A DNA stretch of 64,000 nt from the human T2T-CHM13v2.0 reference genome, Homo sapiens, in assembly GCF_009914755.1 (NCBI RefSeq), contig NC_060934.1; one strand, written 5' to 3'. Shown here in pieces: positions 51,340-64,000 of the stretch (position 1 is its first letter; each line of letters begins with the position of its first letter). The position numbers and the translations under genes were made by a program. Under the pieces are notes generated by a model that did not search any database, was not told where the DNA came from, and saw only the letters and a program-made list of their open reading frames with translations.

Positions 51340-52588
51340 TGTTATGGGATCTTTGGGTTGTCAATTTTCTTCCTAGAAACCTCTGTGGCCAGTAGCGCCT
51401 TTGTTCAAGTTCTTGTCCTGCGTCCAGGAAGAATGAGGTACACAGACAAGTGAAGGATGAACAAGGCAAAGATAAACTTTATTAAGTGTTAGAACAGCTC
51501 AGAGGAGACCCTCAGTGGGTGGCTCCTCTCTGCAGATCCTCCAGTCAAGTGTTCAGCTCTCAGCATAGAGGAGGCCCTGGGGAGGGTAGCTCCTCTCTGC
51601 CCGCTGGTCGTCCCATCATCTGCTGCTCTCAGCAGAGAGGAGGCCCTGGAGAGGGTGGCTCTTCTCTGCAGACAGGTTGTTTGGAGGTCTCTGCAGGCCT
51701 CTCAAACTGTCAGCAGATGGTAGCTCTTCTTTGCAGCTGGTTGTCCCCTCATCTCTGTCCTCTGCATCCTCTGTTCTGCTCTGGCCATCCTCTCTAGTCC
51801 TGTGGCTCATAGGGTAGTAAGTACATGCAGATTGGTCCATGGGTGGTCATAGGCAGCAGGGAGTCCCCACTCTGGTGTGTGGGACTGGTGGCCTGGCCCT
51901 CAGCTTTCAGGCCCTCCATGGCCTGAAGGTGGTGCCTTACTGGGGACCCCACCCCCTTCTGCCCAGCAACCTGTCTGCCTTCCGCTGCCATTCATGGCCC
52001 GGGTGTTCAGCCCAACCCCACTTGGAGAGATCCGAGCAGGCACTGGGAGAGAAGAGAGGTCAGGCAGTGGGAGCAGACGCTCCTAAGCCTGCAGGGACTG
52101 AGGGGGGTGCCTTCCTAGGCACCCGAGGGTGCAGGCTGCAGAGATGGCCGGGTCCTGTGCCTGGGAGGGTGGCCACAGCTATACCTGGGAGCTCCCGCCC
52201 TGCCAACTCAGGGATCCCGCTTGTTCCCAACTCCTGCCTGCTCCATGCAGCGGGGACCTGGTCTGCAGCTGTTGGTCGTGGGGGCTGCAGCTGCACCCGG
52301 GAGGGCAGATCCTGCCTGCTCCTGGCCTCCTCCAAGAGCACAGGGAGGCTCAGATGCACAGCCATGGTTTGGGCAGCTGCAGCCCTGCCCAGGAGGGTGG
52401 AGCTTCTACCTGCTCCATAGAGCATGAGGCCTGGGTCTGCAGCCACAGTTTGGGGGGGCTGCAGTGGTACCTGGGTAGCTCCCACCCCAATTCAGAAAGG
52501 GCAGGCCTCCCACTGGCTCCATGGAGTGCCCAGGCCCAGCGGGGCCTCCCTGCTGCAGCTAGTGTGATGGTAGCATCCGCTGCCATCA
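51340..52588 (-). mobile_element. MER52-type ERV1 solo LTR (about 1.25 kb, GC-rich) with 4-bp TSD
   Basis: Minus strand begins TGATGGCAGCGG and ends CCCATAACA, with AATAAA near 51480; GTTA at 51336-51339 and 52589-52592. Confidence 0.85.
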
Positions 52589-53288
52589 GTTATGTTTGAG
52601 AGGAGTAGTGACTGGGTAGGAATACAATGGAGATTTCTGAGCTGGTGGTAATCATGTCTTCAAATGGGCTAGGGTTACATGGGCAGGCTCACTTTTTTTG
52701 TTGTTTGTTTGTTTTGTTTTGTTTTTTGAGACAGAGTCTTGCTCTGTGTCTCAGGCTGGAGTGCAGTGGTGCAATCTTGGCTCACTGCAACCTCCACTTC
52801 CTGCCTTCAAGCGATTCTCGTGCTTCAGCCTCCTGAGTAGCTGGGATTATAGGCATGTGCCACTATGCCCAGCTAATTATTGTATTTTTAATAGAAATGG
52901 AGTTTCACCATGCTAGCCAGGCTAGTCTTGAACTCCTGACCTCAAGTGATCTGCCCACCTTGGCATCCCAAAGTGCTGGGATTACAGGTGTGAGCCACCT
53001 CTCCTAGCCATCACTTTGTAAAAATTAGTGGAGCTATATATACATTTGATTTATGCGTTGTTCTGTATTCATGTTTATACTTCAACAAAAAAGTTTACTT
53101 AAAAAAAGATACTAGATTTTTCCAAATTAGATTGTCAACAATGAAAAAGTTTGATGACATCAAATGATGATATAAAAAAATGGGTACACTGCATTAGGAA
53201 TGTAAACTGTTATAGCCTTTTTTGGAGGGCCATAGGTCAGTATCTATTAAGTTTTTATATGCATATGCCCCTTTATTCAGGGATTTAA

Positions 53289-53552
<264 letters not shown>

Positions 53553-54506
53553 TGATCCGCCTGCCTCAGCCTCCCAAAGTGCTGGGATTACAGGCATGAG
53601 CTGCTGCGCCTGGCCCAGAGATTTAACTTCTTGATAGCTATTCCGGAGAAATCCACACAAGTGTAGAAGAGGCAAATAGAAGCATATATATTGGAAACAA
53701 TGTAAATGTCTATCAGTAGCAGAGTGGATAAATAAACTATGATGCATTCATTATGGAATACTCTGCAATAGCAAGAATGAGGTAGTTCTTTATTTAGTGA
53801 AATGGAAATATCTCCAAGACAAATACATGAAAAAACCAAGTTACAGAACAGTACACAGAGCATACTATCATTTACACTAAAAAAGGCACATTTAAACTCT
53901 TAACCCAGTGTCTAATAAAAAGTTAAACAATGTTTTTGTGGTAGTATGTATGTTGTGTGGTACTTAGATTTTGAAAAACAGTTAATAATAATTTCGTGAA
54001 AAAAATTCTGCTCTGGTAGCAAAAGAACAGCGGTGAGAGCTCTCTCAATACAATAATTACAAATTGAGCATTTCTTCATTTTTAAAAACTTAACTGAGTA
54101 CCTGTAGAATCATTTTCATCAGCTGAGACTTTTTAAAATTAAATTTTCTATTTCATGATAGATGAAGTTGTAGGTTATGCAACCTACAACCTTCAGGTAG
54201 ATGCATGAAGTTATAGGAAATTGAGAGTACTCAGAGCAATCCTGTGTACCCTCAAAGGTAACACTTCAAAAACTATCATACAATATCACAAGTGGAATAA
54301 TGGCATTGATACAACCCACCAATCTTCAAGATTTCCCCAGTTTTATTTGTGTGTGTGTATATTTAGTTCATGAAATTTTAATGCATGTGTAGTTTCATGT
54401 TTCCACCACCACAGTAAAGATACAGAGCAGTTCTGTCTCCCTGAAAATCTCTCCTTTTTTCCTTATTTTTTTTTTCTGTTTGTTTGTTTTTTCTTTGTTT
54501 TTTTGA

Positions 54507-54767
<261 letters not shown>

Positions 54768-55068
54768 TGAGCCACCGTGCCCGGGCCTCTTGTCTTTTCA
54801 TAACCAAACCCACCTTTCTTTTCCCACTCCTGCTCCCCAAGATGCAGTGTTTTTTGTTGTTGTTTGTTTGTTTGTTTGTTTGTTTGTTTTTGAGACGGAG
54901 TCTCCCTCTGTCGTCCAGGCTGAAGTGCAGTGGTGCCATCTCAGATCACTGCAACCACCACCTCCTGGGTTCAAGCAATTCTCCTGCCTTAGCCCCGGCC
55001 CCCCCCACCAGTAGCTGGGATTACAGGCATGTGCCACCACGCCCAGCTAGTTTTTGTATTTTTAGTAG

Positions 55069-55332
<264 letters not shown>

Positions 55333-55761
55333 TGAAACCCTGTCTCTACTAAAAATACAAAAATTAGCCAGGTGTGGTGGTGCTGGCCTGTAATCCCAGC
55401 TACTCAGGAGGCTGATGCAGGAGAATCACTTGAACAGAGGAGGTGGAGGTTGCAGTGAGCAGAGATTACACCACTGCATTCCAGCTTGGGCAACAGAGCC
55501 AGACTGTTTTAAAAAAATTTTTTTTTAATGATACTCATGATTAAAATAACTATGTAATTTATCTAAATTATTGTTTACAAGCATTTATCTAAGTAAGTTG
55601 AATAAACGGTGTCTACATGTTTAGTAGAAAACAAATGTTTAGTAGCTCTGGCAGAATTCATCTCCTTGCTTTTTAAGAGATTAATAAACAATGAATACAT
55701 TGTAGAGGAAAGAAGTATGTTTTCACTTTGAAACCTTTTTAAAAATTTTTCTTTAGCCATT

Positions 55762-55803
55762 TAGTATTAATAACAAGGGAAGTAGTATTAATAACAAGGG
55801 AAG
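55762..55803. repeat. Perfect 21-bp tandem duplication
   Basis: TAGTATTAATAACAAGGGAAG twice. Confidence 0.95.
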
Positions 55804-56049
55804 AGGGGTTTCTACTCCTTTTCTTTTTTTCTTTGCTCTTCTTCCTCATTTCATCCCTTGGAGACTGTCTATAGTCCCACATTTTGTCCAGTTTTGAATC
55901 TGTGTAATTTTGACTCTATGGCAGAAACTGTTTATTGCTGACTATATATTTGTTCTCTCTTCTCTCAAATAAACAGAGCCCCAACTTTTTACTGAGCACA
56001 ATATAGCCAAAAGATGACATTGCCCAGCCTCTTTCGCAGATAGCTGTGG

Positions 56050-57010
56050 CTATTCCAGGATCCCAGAAAATGGTAGCCACAAATGAAGGCCTCTGAAGCA
56101 GAACTGCCCTGGATCTTTACTGTGCTGGTGCCCTCTCGGACTTTCTCTTGCCCTTCTGTCTCTGGCCTCTCATTCTCCCCCGAGAAATGGAAACTAGAAT
56201 TCCTCTTCCCCCAGGTGGGTCATAGAAGCCAGCAACAAAACCTAAAAATATCACTTTAACTTTCTCTTTCTCCCAGCCTTTCTGTATAAAAACTGGCCAT
56301 AAAGAAATGATCTGACCTGCCTCGTTTGACTGTTCCAGATTGTTGAAACCCATTCTGGAGAGGCTTCTACCCCACATTTAGACTGTTGAATCCCATTGCA
56401 GAGCGGGTCCTGTCCCACATCCAGAAGGAAGGAAGGCACAGAGGTCAAGAAGAATCTAGATAGACAGCATTGCTGAGTTTCTCCCACTCAGTCTATAGCA
56501 TTAGATCACACTCTTTTTTTATCCTGTTATATTTCTACATGGCTGTTCATACTTGGTTGAACCTAAGCATAAAAGTGGACAATTCCCCTATATCTTTTAT
56601 TTATTTTATTTATTTTCACTTTTTTTAGGGACAGGGTCTCACACTGTCACTCGAGCTGGAGCTCGGTGGCACAATCACAGCTCATGCAGCCTCAAACTCC
56701 TGGGCCCAGCATACCTGGCTAATTTTAAAATTTTTTGTACAGATGGAATCTTGCTTTGTTCCTAAGGCTGACCTTAAACTCTTGGCCCCAAGGCATACTC
56801 CCTCCTCAGCCTCCCAAAGTGCTGAGGTCACAGGCATGTGACACTGTGCCCAGCCTCCCCTTCAGGTCTTCATTCTGCAGTCTCCTGTGTACGTGTAAAA
56901 TTATGATCAAATAAATTTGTATGCCTTTTCTCCTATTAACCTGCCTTTTTTGTCAGCGATTGTCAGTGAAACTTCAGAGGGCAAAGGGGAAGTTTTCCTT
57001 GGCCCCTCCA
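56050..57010 (+). mobile_element. ERV1 LTR (MER39-like) interrupted by an old Alu (about 56600-56855); alternative promoter of ENTPD1
   Basis: AATGAAGGCCTCTGAAGC near the start, AATAAATTTGTATGCCTTTTCTCCTATT, end GGCCCCTCCA followed by a PBS-like TTTTGGTGCTGTG. The 5' boundary is approximate. Confidence 0.75.
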
Positions 57011-57064
57011 GTTTTGGTGCTGTGAACAGGATACCAAAGCTGCTCTGTTCTTCTGGAAGCTGCA

Positions 57065-57101
57065 ATGAAGGGAACCAAGGACCTGACAAGCCAGCAGAAG
57101 G
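57065..57101 (+). CDS. ENTPD1: Alternative first coding exon of ENTPD1/CD39 (isoform starting MKGTKDLTSQQK-E)
   Basis: ATG AAG GGA ACC AAG GAC CTG ACA AGC CAG CAG AAG G|gtaaga: strong phase-1 donor. The peptide matches my recollection of the alternative (placental) CD39 N-terminus. Downstream exons are outside the window. Confidence 0.85.
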
Positions 57102-57954
57102 GTAAGAAATTCTTACCAGTCAGGCTCCCGGCCTCTCTCCCTCTGTGGAATCTGGTAGAGCCGATGGTAAAAATCACTGTTTGTCTCATTTTCATCTCCA
57201 AAACCTTGATTAATGAGAAAAAAGGATTTGTGTGACTAGTTTTGGGTGTAGCGACTCTGGTGTCCTTTTTTGGTATGAATATTCACATTGTTCGGTCCCT
57301 TTCCTTCCAGAAATAGTCTTTGTCTTTCCGTGTTGTTGTGTCATAAAGAAGGATGCCATAGGGTAGGACATGGGCCTAAACCCCCATAAACTCTCTATTT
57401 GAGCTGGCACTGCAGACTGATCAGTTTTGCGGTTCTGACTAGACCTGTGTCTATAAACTTTGCTGTAGTCCCCAAAATAAAAACCAGATGAAGTTCTCCT
57501 ATTGTCTTATTTCATGTCCGTATAAGACCTTGACTTTTGAGAGCATTTTCTCTTGGTCCTTGCGATTTTAGGGAGCATGATTTTCAGGTCACATTAGGTG
57601 ACCAGTCTAAAAATGGCTGGTCACATAAGATTTTAAGCGGTATACTTTTTGTTCCAACTATGTCAAGCTCTCAGGGGAGTTTGTCTTAAGTTCCATCTGT
57701 AAGGGGCTCCTGTTGCCTGGTTAGGCTGGGAAAATTCTAATCCCAGGAGGGCCTACCTGGTGCCAGTGGATTAACGGGTCTGTGACTGGTGGTCCCTGGC
57801 AAATTTGTTGGTTACTAGTGGCACCATATGCACAAACACCAGCCTTAATAGTCTGTGGTGGGCTGGGCACTGTGGCTCCCGCCTGTAATCCCAGCACTTT
57901 GGGAGGCCAAGGTGGGCAGAACACGAGGTCAGGAGATCGAGACCATCCTGGCTA

Positions 57955-58140
<186 letters not shown>

Positions 58141-58654
58141 TTAAAAAAAAAAAAAAAAAAAAAAAAGGCTGTGGCGGCAAGAGTCTTTGTTATCTTAAGT
58201 CTACTTCTCAGTGAATTTTCGGGGATCATGGAGACTGTCTCCTCCATATGCTCTCAAGGAACACCTCTTGTTTATATAGTAAAAACTTATTCTAAACCTG
58301 GAAAATTATCTCCTGGACTTTTCATGAAGAGGCTTATTGTTGAGTCACTACTGGAATTTGTAAACCATTGGAAATTCTAATCATCAGTGGCCAAAAGATG
58401 GATCCTTTAAATTAGAAAGAACTTTAATTTTTTTTTCTTAAAAAGAAGATTTTGGAGATCTCTCATTCTAAACAATTGTCTTACTTGTATTTATGGGACA
58501 ATCAAATTAAAGAAAGACACAATAGTGTCTTGGCTTAGAAATTCTCTTGACAAAATTAAAATGCAAAAGTCTAACCCAAAACAAAATTAAAATCCTTTGT
58601 ACACTCAAACTGCCTGCTTTGAATTCCCTGTGGGATTTACAAATAAGGCATTCC

Positions 58655-58728
58655 ACCTTGTGGTGCAGTGGCTAAGATTCTGTGCTTTCACACCTGTGGC
58701 CTGGGTTTGATTCCTTGTCAGAGAATCA
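58655..58728 (+). pseudogene. Degenerate tRNA-Glu(TTC)-derived sequence
   Basis: CCTTGTGGTGCAGTGGCTAAGATTCTGTGCTTTCACACCTGTGGCCTGGGTTTGATTCCTTGTCAGAGAA aligns colinearly with tRNA-Glu TCCCTGGTGGTCTAGTGGCTAGGATTCGGCGCTTTCACCGCCGCGGCCCGGGTTCGATTCCCGGTCAGGGAA; many differences are CpG decay. Confidence 0.8.
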
Positions 58729-59115
58729 GTCCCTGTAGTACTTGTAAGCTCTTTAACTCAACAGCACAAACATTTATAAAACTTGGTTTAATATTTGTGT
58801 GACTCTTGACTTTTGGGGTACCCATTTGTTATTGATGGACAAATGTCCACAAAAAAGGTAGACAGGATATCCACTGCAGCTGGAGTGAGAGACAAGGGGT
58901 GGGTTAGCTCTACCATGAAGCAGCAGCAGAAAGGAAAAAAAATCTATCAACTATTTTTATATCCATCCATATAGCCATCCATCCATTCATCAATTTAAAT
59001 AGTTACAGCTATTTTGGCATAAGTCCAAATTTTTGTACAGCTCAAAGTGTAGTAAGTCTCTATTTTATTTATTTAGTCTAGAATAATGTCACCATTATCA
59101 CAGAAATGACATCTA

Positions 59116-59385
<270 letters not shown>

Positions 59386-60289
59386 CTACTACTGCAGCTT
59401 GGGCAATAGAATGAGACCCTGTCTCGAAAAAGGAATAAAAATAAAATTTACATAAATAAATAAATAAATAAACGTTAAAGTTTGAAAACTTAATTTACCA
59501 GTTATTTTTCTTATTTAATTAGTAATACATTACTTCTTTTCAGGTCTCAGTTTTGGATTGTAACTAACCACTGTTCTCTTTTGGAGGCATAGTGCCTTAA
59601 TAAATGTATTATTTTGTCTACCAAACCATGTGTTTGTTGCCAACTTGCAGTCTAGCAGTAAAGAAGCTAATTTTTTCCTGAGTTTAAGATTATGTTGAAA
59701 AATAGAATAGCTTATAACACTTTATAATATTATGTATTATACCAAACAGAGATGAAACTAAATAAGTTTACAACCTCTTAATCTTTGCACAAATGCTATC
59801 ATTTATTTATTCATTTGTGCATTACTTTACTTCATGGAAGGAATATATTTATCATTTATTTGTTTTTCAAACAGAATTTCAAAAATTTTTTTTTTTTAGA
59901 ATATGCAGTGTTTGTAAAACTACAACAGCAGCAGCAACAACAGTTTAAGAATAAGATTAGCCCACATATTATCAAAATAGTATTTTCAGGTCTGCTTTCT
60001 TACATCTTGTGAGAATGTACATTCTGGATACTATCTTACTGTTTCAGTAAGCCTTGGAATTGTTTTGCAAAAGGACAACGGGAATGAAAAGAATCGTTAA
60101 GTTTTCACTGGAGAGAGTTATTCCCCTCGGTTATCCCTGGAATCTGGAAACATTATAGTTTATAAACTTGTTTAAATAAAAGGTTTTTGCAATGATTCTT
60201 GTTATGCCTTTTTGATTTCTCCTGGAACTTCATGATAACAATATTTATTTTTTGTGAACTTTACTTAATCAGGAGTCATTTCAGATAAC

Positions 60290-61450
60290 TGAGTCATACC
60301 CTCTTGTCTCTTTCTCCTTTCAATTCTGTCAGTATTTGCTTCATGTATTTTGGGGCTCTGTGGTTAGGTGTTATATGTGTATAATTGTTATATTTTCAGA
60401 TGTATTAACCTTTTTATTATGATTAGATGTCCTTCCTTGTCTTAATGTGCCTTGTCATAAAGTCTATTTCATCTTATATTCATATAGCCATTCCAGCTCT
60501 TTCATAGCAGCTATTTGTGCATGCTATTCAACCTACTGTATATTTTAAACTAAACTGTGTTTCTTTTAGGCAACATGTAGTTAGATCTTGTTTTTTTTTT
60601 TAATACATCCTGACAATTTTTGTCTTTTGATTAAACTGTTTAGTTCATTCACATCCAGTGTAGTTATTGGTATGTTTGGATTTGTCTATTTTGCTATTTC
60701 CTTTCTATATGTCTTATTTCTTCTTTTTCCTCTGTTCCCCTTTTACTGCCTTCTTTTGTTTTAAATCAATATTTTAATTCATTTAGTGAGATATAATTCA
60801 CATACCTTTAAATTTACCCCTTTAAAGTGTACAATTCAGTGGTTTTTAGTATATTTATAGAGTCATTATCTAATTTCAGAACATTTTAATTACTCCCAAA
60901 AGAAATCCTGTATCTATAAGCAGCCACTCCCATTTCCCTCTCCCTCATCCCCTGACAACTACTTATTTATATTTGTATTTTTGTTTGCTTGTTTGTGACA
61001 GGGTTTCATTCTGTCACTCAGGCTGAAGTGCAGTGGTGTGATCATGGATCACTGCAGCCTTGACCTCCCAGGCTCAAGCAATCCTTCCACCTCAGCCTCC
61101 TGAGTAGCCGGGACTACAGATGTGTGACACCACATCCAGCTAATTTAAAAAAAATTTGTGCAGTCAGGGGTCCCACTATGTGGCCCATGCTGGTCTTAAA
61201 GTCTTGGTCTCTAGCAATCCTCCTGCCTTGGCCTCCCAAAGTGTTGGTATTGCAGGTATGAACCGCTGTGCCCAGCTCATTTTTAAGTATATTTTTAAAG
61301 TTCATTTTTCAGTGGTTACTCTAGGGATTTTTATTTTTCTTGAACTTCATAACTTTAACTTAAAATCCACTTCAGGTTAATGGTGGTTTACCTGTGATAA
61401 GATATGGCAACTTTGCTCCACTATAGCTCAGTTCTCTCCTTTTGATTTTG
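60290..61450 (-). mobile_element. Old L1 fragments with a nested AluJ (about 60985-61277)
   Basis: Antisense L1 motifs (TGCTTCATGTATTTTGGGGCTCTG, TAAAGTGTACAATTCAGTGGTTTTTAGTATATT). Confidence 0.7.
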
Positions 61451-61492
61451 GTTGCGAACGGCAGTCCTTTGGTTCCTATTTGTTCCTGCATT

Positions 61493-61940
61493 GCTGTGGT
61501 TTGAGTATGGTTTGTCGCCACCAAAACTCATGTTGAGGCTTGGTCCCCAGTGTAACGGGTTGAGAGGTGGTAAGACTTTAAAAGGCATTTGAGTCATGAA
61601 AGATCTGCTCTTATGAAAGGATTAATGCCATATTGTGGGAGTGAGTGAGTTCTGTCTCTTGCAGTACTGGATTAATTACTGAGAGAGCAGGTGGTTATAA
61701 AGTGAAGTTTCCTCTCATGTTTTGTCTCTTTTCCACATGCTTGCTTGCCACTGTCATGTGTGCTCCTGCCATGTGATGCCATCTGCTATGTTATGATGCA
61801 ACGTGAGGCCCTTGTCGGATGTGGCTTCCCAGTCTTAAACTTCCCAGTCTCCAGAACCATGAGCTAAATAAACTTCTTTTTAAAATCAATTACCCAGTCT
61901 CAGGTATTCCATTATAGCAATGTAAAATGAACTAAAACAT
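61493..61940 (+). mobile_element. MST-type MaLR solo LTR
   Basis: TGCTGTGGTTTGAGT..CCAAAACTCATGTTGA start; TTACCCAGTCTCAGGTATTC..AATGAACTAAAACA end. Confidence 0.8.
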
Positions 61941-62849
61941 GCATATCCTTGCTGAGCGTGACAGATGGCAAGCTTTATTTGTCTTCTGACACTGAGCCAT
62001 TTCTGTAGCTAGTCATATAGTCAACTAGCTGGTCAAGGTGACCATAGAGTGGTACTGTGTCCCTGCTCACTACCTAAGGAGAGGCAGGGAAACTGGATTT
62101 GCTGCTTGCTCAAAAAGTGTTGGGCCCTTTGCCTGGGTTGCAACCCACTGTGTGGGTAGGCATGGGCCGTGTGGGATTTAGGCATAAGGAACTTAGGCAA
62201 ATATGTTGATGTGCATTCTTCTTGCTGTTCTGTGAGTAATAAAGTCTTTTGTTTATGATGCAGGAATCTTGTGTCTTCTGCCTGTTTCCATGGGACAGTG
62301 TCAGGATAACTGTAAGCTTTAAGTAAGCTACAATCCCAAATCCTTCACCTTTTAAATTTGTTTTCAGCAATTCGCCTAGCTACCTAGATGTGGTTCTCTT
62401 TGTGTTTATCTTACACACATTGTTCATTGAGGTTCTTGGATCTGCAGGGTTTTTTTTTTTTTTGCAGTTGCAAGATTTAATAGAGTGAAAACAGAGCTCC
62501 CATAAAATGGGAGGGGACCCAAAGGGGGTTGCCGCTCCCTGCTCAAATGCCTGGGTTTATGTCCTGATCATTGTCCCTCCACCTGTGCTCTCAGGTGATA
62601 TATGATTTGACTCTTTCTTTACCTCCTGCTTTAGCCTAATTTGTATTCTAGCGAGCCCTCTTTACTACCTGATTGGTCAGGTGTGAGCTGAGTTGCAAGC
62701 CCCGTGTTTAAAGGTGGGTGTGGTCACCTTTCCCAGCTAGGTTTAGGAATTCTTAGTCGGCCTAGGAAATCCAGCTAGTCCTGTCTCTCAGTACCCCCTC
62801 TCAACGGGAAAACCCAAGTGCTGTTGGGGAGGTTGGCCGACAACCGCTC

Positions 62850-63272
62850 TTAACTGCTTCCTGCTGAATTGGGGCATGATAGGGGTCGTGCAGTTGAGAT
62901 TTCCTCAGGAGGGGTGCCTTCAATGCCATTAACATCAGAGCATGGGCTAGCAGGCCGGTCCAGGGGTCTGCAGTAGATCTTAGTCATGGACAGCATCTGG
63001 GGCTCCATTTGAAGAACGATTTGTAATTTTACAGCTTCGATTCTGGAAGAGGCAAACTTAACAAGGAGCTTAAACATACAGGGATTGAAATGTATGGCCT
63101 GAAGTGCAGGGGCATATATGGGTGTGGGCGGTGAAAGTGGGGTTTCCTTTAGAAAAACTCCTATATGATGGGGCATCAATATTTCCAGGAAGCTGCATTC
63201 TCCATGGAAGCTCTTGGTAAGGGGAGCTACTGGTAGTACAGTGGCATGGAGGAGGTGCAGTGAGAGTGAAAG
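62850..63272 (-). pseudogene. HERV-W env remnant (three fragments joined by deletions)
   Basis: N-terminal SU piece, a short PLHFRPYISIPV island (63077-63112), and the cytoplasmic tail SSRIEAVKLQIVLQMEP...NSAGSS*. Confidence 0.88.
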
Positions 63273-64000
63273 TTTTGGGTGAAGGGTTTTAAGTAATTTC
63301 CACTGGTTAGCTGCAGGCAAAAGTATTTTTCCTTCTTCGGTGGCTAGCCATCCTGAGGGGAGGAAACTATGTCCTTGTGAGGTTCCCCATTCTATGTCTT
63401 CTGCTGAGTACTGGGGCTTGGTTTCCTGGAGGGGATTACCCCATACTAGGGGTCCTTCTATAAGCATTTCTAATGGAGGGGGTCCTGCCTTGCAGCTCTT
63501 CTGGCTTCAATATCCTCTTGGTGGTTCCCTTCTATTTCCCTTTCCTTTCCTTTCTGGTGACCCCAGCAGTGTAAGACTGCCACCTCTTTAGGTTTCTCTG
63601 TACAGCCAAGAATAATCTCCTAATGGCTTCCTGATGTTTGATAGGTGTTCCCTCGGAAGTTAGGAATTTCCTTTCTCTCCATATTGCTGTGTGGGCATGG
63701 AGAACTAGGTGAGCATACTTAGAGTCTGTATATATATTTACCCTTTTTCCTTCTTCTAATTCTAGTGCCCGAGTGAGGGCTATTAGTTCTGCCAGCTGAG
63801 CACTAGTTCCTGGAGCGAGGGGATTACTTTCAAGTATTCCATTATTACTGACCACTGCATACCCCACTTTTCGAAGTCCTTTTTCTACAAAGGAACTTCC
63901 ATTAGTATACAAGTTGAGGTTGGGATCAGTTAAGGGAACCTCTAGAAGGTCCCCTCGAGTGGCATAGGTTTGAGCAATCACCTGTTGACAGTTATGTTCT
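63265..64000 (-). pseudogene. HERV-W pol remnant (RNase H and start of integrase), frameshifted
   Basis: LYTNGSSFV, SAQLAELIALTRAL, VNIYTDSKYA; the frame changes near 63600. The first catalytic Asp appears as Asn (TNGS). Confidence 0.9.

Larger units (their letters stand above)
62450..64000 (-). mobile_element. HERV-W (HERV17/LTR17) processed retrocopy, 3' part: RNase H of pol, deleted env, PPT, U3-R and poly(A)
   Basis: LTR starts TGAGAGACAG (62790) after a purine tract and ends at R (ATTAAA at 62476-62481), then 14 A (62450-62463) with no U5. It carries the syncytin-like tail RPLDRPASP...PNSAGSS* and RNase H motifs. Confidence 0.93.

Noticed and set aside
51486-52599. Cluster of 100-193 aa ORFs
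   Set aside because: All lie inside the GC-rich MER52-type LTR and occur in several frames on both strands.
58655-58728. Functional tRNA gene
   Set aside because: Stems and B box are decayed (GTTTGATTCC) and it lies inside an ERV remnant.
59922-59943. CAG/CAA run suggesting a polyglutamine exon
   Set aside because: Only seven triplets in AT-rich DNA with no supporting exon structure.

Overview
Human-type genomic DNA that I recognise as the 10q24.1 ALDH18A1-TCTN3-ENTPD1 interval. From left to right it holds the CpG-island promoter and non-coding first exon of ALDH18A1 (minus strand), then the complete TCTN3 gene (minus strand). I traced all 14 TCTN3 coding exons: 1824 nt, i.e. 607 aa plus stop. 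Next come the TCTN3 promoter with an RFX X-box, about 17 kb of L1/Alu/MaLR/MER52 repeats, an ERV-derived alternative first coding exon of ENTPD1/CD39 (MKGTKDLTSQQK, plus strand), and the 3' end of a polyadenylated, multiply deleted HERV-W retrocopy. Most ORFs in the supplied track are Alu, LTR or GC-rich artefacts. The most notable observations are: (1) TCTN3 intron 10 is U12-type and appears to end in GG rather than AG/AC; (2) three separate insertions copied from DNA 0.7-1.5 kb away, two with inverted or patchwork junctions suggestive of polymerase-theta or template-switch repair; (3) an orphan AATAAA plus 41-A tract in intron 13; (4) very young AluYa8, AluYe and mini-L1 insertions with intact TSDs; (5) a degenerate tRNA-Glu copy inside the ERV behind the ENTPD1 exon. 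Gene and repeat-family names come from recall of known sequences, not from a database search. Repeat boundaries are approximate unless a TSD is quoted.
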